NCBI GenBank assembly: GCA_045644145.1
Contig: JAZRGK010000080.1
Location: forward strand, 65,407 to 129,406
Direction: 5' to 3'
Length of the DNA stretch: 64,000 nucleotides
Source of the DNA: Candidatus Flemingiibacterium sp.
GTDB taxonomy: Bacteria; Bacillota; Clostridia; Oscillospirales; CAG-272
Each line of letters starts with the position of its first letter. Within the stretch, counting starts at the first letter, position 1. Below, piece after piece: positions 60,391 to 64,000 of this stretch. A program made the translations under genes and the position numbers. Under the pieces are notes generated by a model. That model was not told the origin of the DNA. It saw only the letters and a program-made list of their open reading frames with translations, and made no database searches.

Positions 60391-61602
60391 ATGTTCGAGG
60401 GGCAAACTTATGAAGCTTTACTCACAAACGCGCTCGCGAGAGTGAGCCCTTCTATTGATAAACGAGAAGGATCGATGGTGATGAACGGGGTTGCACCATC
60501 AATGGCAGAGCTGGCGCAGCTGTATATTGGTCTTGAATTTATATTAACACTAATGTCAATACACACAATGCCGCGCGAGTTTTTGATAAAACGTGCAGAA
60601 GAACGTAATATGCCAATTAAATCTGCTAGTGCTGCTGTTTTTCGCGCAGAATTCAATACCGATATACCGATTGGGACGAGATTCTCTTGTGAGGATCTCA
60701 ATTTTGTTACGGTAGAAAAACTTACCGACGTAATTGGCAGCATAAGCTACAAGGTTGAGTGTGAGACAAAGGGAACCGTAGCCAATGGATATGCAGGACG
60801 GCTAATTCCCATAGAATATATCAACGGTTTGACCTGTGCGGAGCTGGTAGAACTTATCATCCCTGGCGATGACGAAGAAGACACCGAAGTGCTCCGTCAA
60901 AGGCTGCTTGATAGTTATCAGTCGCAAGCATTCGGCGGAAACAACGCCGATTATGTTGAAAAAGTGACTGCAATAAAAGGCGTAGGTGCAGTTAAGGTCC
61001 ATCCTGTTTGGAACGGTAACATATCTCCCTCCTCGCTTATTCCGAGTGAGATAGTACGGGAGTGGTATGAAAACATTATAACGACGCTGGAAGACGATGT
61101 GGCAGCATGGTTGACCTCTGTATTCACAGCTGCAGACAACAAGCTGTTGACAGTTGGCGGAACAGTTAAGCTTGTAGTTATGGCTTCCGGTAATGTGGTG
61201 CCGTCAGACACCTTCATCGATGAGATACAAACGATTGTTGACCCTGAGCAGAATGCTGGGGAAGGGTTAGGACTCGCTCCTATAGGACACGTGGTGAATG
61301 TTTGCGGCGTGGGAGCTGAGGCTGTTAATATTACACTGAATCTGACGTATGCTGATGGTTGGGATTTTTCCTCATCACGGAGCTACATAGAAAAGGTTAT
61401 AGACGATTATTTCTCAGAACTTGCAACAGAATGGGCGAAATCAAGTCGGCTTATTGTCCGTATTTCCCAGATCGAAAGCAGGATCCTTGCCGCGTGCAGC
61501 ACAATGATCACTGATATTAGCGGCACGAAGATAAACGGTGAAGAGGTCAACCTTTCGTTGCCTGCTGACAGCATACCCGTACGAGGTAATATCGATGGAT
61601 AG
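60391..61602 (+). CDS. Baseplate J-like protein (XkdT-like)
   Basis: 403 aa with RBS AAGGAGGT. Size and order are typical of baseplate J. Confidence 0.7.
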   Translation: MFEGQTYEALLTNALARVSPSIDKREGSMVMNGVAPSMAELAQLYIGLEFILTLMSIHTMPREFLIKRAEERNMPIKSASAAVFRAEFNTDIPIGTRFSCEDLNFVTVEKLTDVIGSISYKVECETKGTVANGYAGRLIPIEYINGLTCAELVELIIPGDDEEDTEVLRQRLLDSYQSQAFGGNNADYVEKVTAIKGVGAVKVHPVWNGNISPSSLIPSEIVREWYENIITTLEDDVAAWLTSVFTAADNKLLTVGGTVKLVVMASGNVVPSDTFIDEIQTIVDPEQNAGEGLGLAPIGHVVNVCGVGAEAVNITLNLTYADGWDFSSSRSYIEKVIDDYFSELATEWAKSSRLIVRISQIESRILAACSTMITDISGTKINGEEVNLSLPADSIPVRGNIDG

Positions 61603-62137
61603 AACGCTTATTGACTATCTCCCGCCAGTTCTTCGAGATATACAAGAGTTTAGAGAGATAAATAAGGCTGTTGAACCCGAACTATCGCTTGCGTGGGATG
61701 CATACGCTCTTTTGCTCGCCAACATATTCCTTGATAGTGCAACGGAACTCGGCGTGAGTATTTGGGAACAAGAACTGCATTTGCTTCCAAAAGACACGGA
61801 TCTCCTTGATGTGCGAAAAGCGCGTATAAAGGCCAAGTGGAATTTAGATGCTCCATACTCGATTCCTTGGCTTAAAAAGTGGCTTTCTGGACTTTGCGGA
61901 CCGATGGGGTATGAAGTGTCAATTTGTGATTATACCATTGACGTACAGCTGGACTATGACACGCTACCCAATACGGACAACCTTGCAAAAGAGATACTTG
62001 ACATGCTGCTAACCGTACGTCCTGCAAATATGGAGATCATGCTTACGGCGTTCTTACAGTCTTATGGTAATGCAACTGTGTCTGCAGGTGCGTCAGAGTA
62101 CAATAACACCATAGAAATATATCCATTAGGAGGATGA
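61595..62137 (+). CDS. XkdU/YmfQ-like baseplate protein (DUF2313-like)
   Basis: 180 aa from the ATG at 61595. The N-terminus (LIDYLPPVLRDIQEFREIN) is typical of this family. Confidence 0.65.
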   Translation: MDRTLIDYLPPVLRDIQEFREINKAVEPELSLAWDAYALLLANIFLDSATELGVSIWEQELHLLPKDTDLLDVRKARIKAKWNLDAPYSIPWLKKWLSGLCGPMGYEVSICDYTIDVQLDYDTLPNTDNLAKEILDMLLTVRPANMEIMLTAFLQSYGNATVSAGASEYNNTIEIYPLGG

Positions 62138-62139
62138 AA

Positions 62140-62931
62140 ATGCCTAACAAATATAGCACAGTAATAACCACTGTCGGTGCATCAATGATAGCAGATTGCT
62201 TGCTTAACGGGAAAAAGCTTAATATAACGCAAGCCGCTGCGGGTGATGGCGACGGAACATACTATGTGCCGACCGTAGATCAGAAATCATTAAAAAACGA
62301 GAGATGGCGAGGTGAAATTGCCGCTGTTGGTATTAATACCGTTAACCCGAATATGTTCGATGTCAAAGTGGTTATCGCTGACGATGCAGAGACCTTTACG
62401 GTACGAGAAGTCGGATTATTTGACGGCGAGGGCAATTTAATTGCTATTTGCAACACTCCGGACACCGAGAAGGTAAACAGTTCTGCTGGCATCTCTGGCA
62501 AACTCACGATTTTAATGCATATAGTCGTTGCCGATTCTTCTACGTTGACATTTACAATAAATCCGTCGTTGAACACTATTGGTTACGACGAAGTTACGGG
62601 TTTAATTACCGCCCACAACAGCGACACAGATGCGCATCCGGGGGCGTTTGCATCAAAGCCGGTAATCTTCACCGTTCCCATCGATACGGAGTGGACAGCA
62701 GATGCAGAGAAAGGCGGATATACGCAGACAGTCGCACTCGAGAGCATCCTTGAAACCGACGTCCCCGACGTTGACGTGCTTCTTGGCGACGACCTTGATG
62801 CAAACGAGCTTTATAAGAAAGCGTGGGCGTGTGTTGACCGAGTGACAACCGCTGACGGCTCTATTATACTTCGTGCGCCGAATACTGCACCGATAAGCGC
62901 ATTTACAATCAGACTTAAGGTGGTGAGATAA
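62140..62931 (+). CDS. Tail-collar fibre protein
   Basis: 263 aa from the ATG at 62140, 6 nt after TAGGAGG. The N-terminus (YSTVITTVGASMIADCLLNGKKLNITQAAAGDGDG...) resembles phage tail-collar fibre N-terminal domains. Confidence 0.65.
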   Translation: MPNKYSTVITTVGASMIADCLLNGKKLNITQAAAGDGDGTYYVPTVDQKSLKNERWRGEIAAVGINTVNPNMFDVKVVIADDAETFTVREVGLFDGEGNLIAICNTPDTEKVNSSAGISGKLTILMHIVVADSSTLTFTINPSLNTIGYDEVTGLITAHNSDTDAHPGAFASKPVIFTVPIDTEWTADAEKGGYTQTVALESILETDVPDVDVLLGDDLDANELYKKAWACVDRVTTADGSIILRAPNTAPISAFTIRLKVVR

Positions 62932-63336
62932 ATGGCAGAAGCATTTATTACCCGAAGAAACAGCACGAACGATCCTGTTGTATTAACGCACGATGCAACC
63001 GAAACTACTACAGAAATGATTTTTCCTGAACTTGTTGGGAAAAGAAGCTTCTCTTTGGTTTGTGTTAGCAATTCCAGTTGCGGTTTTGATGGTGCAACTG
63101 AGATATATTATGTACATGGTATTTTTTGTGATGAGGGAGATATTTTTGTCGTATATACAGATGAACACAATTATAACGCGAAATATGGATATGAGTTAGA
63201 AGTACCATATAAAATTGAATTCGATAGTGCAACCGGTAGAATCTATGCGGTGTATAATGACAACAATCCGAGTACTAGTGGTAAGCCTGTTAGATTTAAG
63301 AGCGCAACAAAATGGTTGTGCCATATTTACGAATAG
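62932..63336 (+). CDS. Hypothetical tail-fibre-associated protein
   Basis: 134 aa with RBS AAGGTGGTGAG. No recognisable domain. Confidence 0.5.
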   Translation: MAEAFITRRNSTNDPVVLTHDATETTTEMIFPELVGKRSFSLVCVSNSSCGFDGATEIYYVHGIFCDEGDIFVVYTDEHNYNAKYGYELEVPYKIEFDSATGRIYAVYNDNNPSTSGKPVRFKSATKWLCHIYE

Positions 63337-63357
63337 CGCGTGGAGGTAACAGTACCA

Positions 63358-64000
63358 ATGAAATTCAATATAAACGGTGTTCAAATAATCGTAACCGAAG
63401 ACGAAACACTTGTCGAAGGTTCTGTCAAGGTTCACACCGCCGAATTTGAGTTTGACGCTTCGTGGGGAGAGTATACCCCTATTTCGGTGTTCAAACGCGG
63501 CGACGAACTGCGAGAGCAAGTGATATCGGACGGCAAGTGCGAAATCCCGTGGGAAGTGCTTCAAAAAGGTCTTGGCGGATATTTGGTAGTAGGCGTTTAC
63601 GGAATAACCGACACCAAGAGGCGTCCTACGCTGTGGGCGGCACCGAAGGTGGTGCATCCCGGAACTGCATCGGGCGATGAGTCGCGAGATCCTACGCCGG
63701 ATATACAGCAACAGCTTGTGAAGATGCTTAATGTTGGTGTTGAGAATATTGATGGTGGGCATCGTGTCACATTCAACGATGTAGGCGGCGAGAAAACATT
63801 TGATGTTATGGATGGCACAAGCGTAGCGGTGGCATCAGTCAAAACTTCTATTGCATCGGGCGGTACGAATACAGTGACGTTTACCGATGGTACGGAGCTT
63901 AAAGTCAAAAACGGTTCGCAGGGAGCACGGGGCCCGGCGGGCGATCCCGGCACCAGCGTGGCGGTAGCATCGGTTACCGAATCGAATGAATCGGGCGGCG
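63358..64000 (+). CDS. Tail fibre protein, 5' partial (runs off the window)
   Basis: ATG at 63358, after TGGAGGT, with the frame open to the window end. Not in the ORF track because no stop is reached. Contains a short collagen-like run (GSQGARGPAGDPG) at about 63920-63960. Confidence 0.65.
   Translation, partial: MKFNINGVQIIVTEDETLVEGSVKVHTAEFEFDASWGEYTPISVFKRGDELREQVISDGKCEIPWEVLQKGLGGYLVVGVYGITDTKRRPTLWAAPKVVHPGTASGDESRDPTPDIQQQLVKMLNVGVENIDGGHRVTFNDVGGEKTFDVMDGTSVAVASVKTSIASGGTNTVTFTDGTELKVKNGSQGARGPAGDPGTSVAVASVTESNESGG

Larger units (their letters stand above)
30459..64000. mobile_element. Temperate contractile-tailed prophage, left end at about 30.46 kb, right end beyond the window
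   Basis: Ordered modules: serine integrase, CI/Cro, early/replication, late regulator, TerS/TerL, portal, MuF, scaffold, capsid, connectors, sheath, tube, chaperone, tape measure, XkdP-XkdU-like baseplate and fibres. Genes are tightly packed with overlapping stops and starts. Confidence 0.9.

Noticed and set aside
53470-64000. The possibility that the PBSX-like tail module represents a defective tailocin or PBSX-type element rather than a phage.
   Set aside because: The same element carries an integrase, CI/Cro switch, replication origin and initiator, terminase, portal and capsid genes in canonical order with intact frames. The only exception is one early accessory gene. A complete temperate phage is the simpler reading, although viability cannot be judged from a truncated window.

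Overview
The window looks like a Firmicutes/Clostridia-type chromosome segment. That taxon call is an inference from SD-type RBSs, a T-box leader, DegV, NrdR boxes and a PBSX-like tail module.

Positions 1 to ~30.45 kb are chromosomal. They carry hom, an aldehyde dehydrogenase, a Na/Pi-cotransporter/PhoU fusion, T-box-controlled thrS, tRNA-Gln(CUG), an AraC regulator with a class-III aminotransferase, an autoregulated MarR-DegV operon, a membrane-anchored lipase, two tandem BNR/sialidase-like paralogues, a sugar-phosphate isomerase and NrdR-box-controlled nrdD.

Two accessory loci stand out in this part:
- At 15.9-21.4 kb there is a three-gene operon: a TerB-N/TerB-C protein, a DUF2791-type P-loop ATPase and an Lhr-like DEAD/DEAH helicase. 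The architecture matches the Shango anti-phage system, whose mechanism is unknown.
- At 25.2-30.5 kb there are two tandem sigma-70/ECF-like factors fused to very long C-terminal domains with no transmembrane segment. Each is bracketed by copies of a ~100-bp terminator-promoter cassette.

From ~30.46 kb to the window end lies a temperate contractile-tailed prophage of at least 33.5 kb, cut off at the right edge. In order it carries:
- a large serine recombinase and a CI(S24)/Cro switch;
- an early region with an orphan DNA methyltransferase, ASCH and DUF551 proteins, a Sak4-like ATPase, a DUF669 SSB-like protein and a GIY-YIG nuclease;
- a replisome organizer with an internal iteron origin, and a late regulator;
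- TerS/TerL, an SPP1-type portal, and a MuF/gp7 protein with a C-terminal extension plus a small downstream ORF;
- scaffold, capsid, sheath and tube genes, and a tail chaperone with an A_AAA_AAC -1 frameshift site;
- tape measure, an XkdP-XkdU-like baseplate module and tail fibres.

No rRNA genes or CRISPR arrays were seen. All domain calls come from reading the translations by eye; no searches were run.
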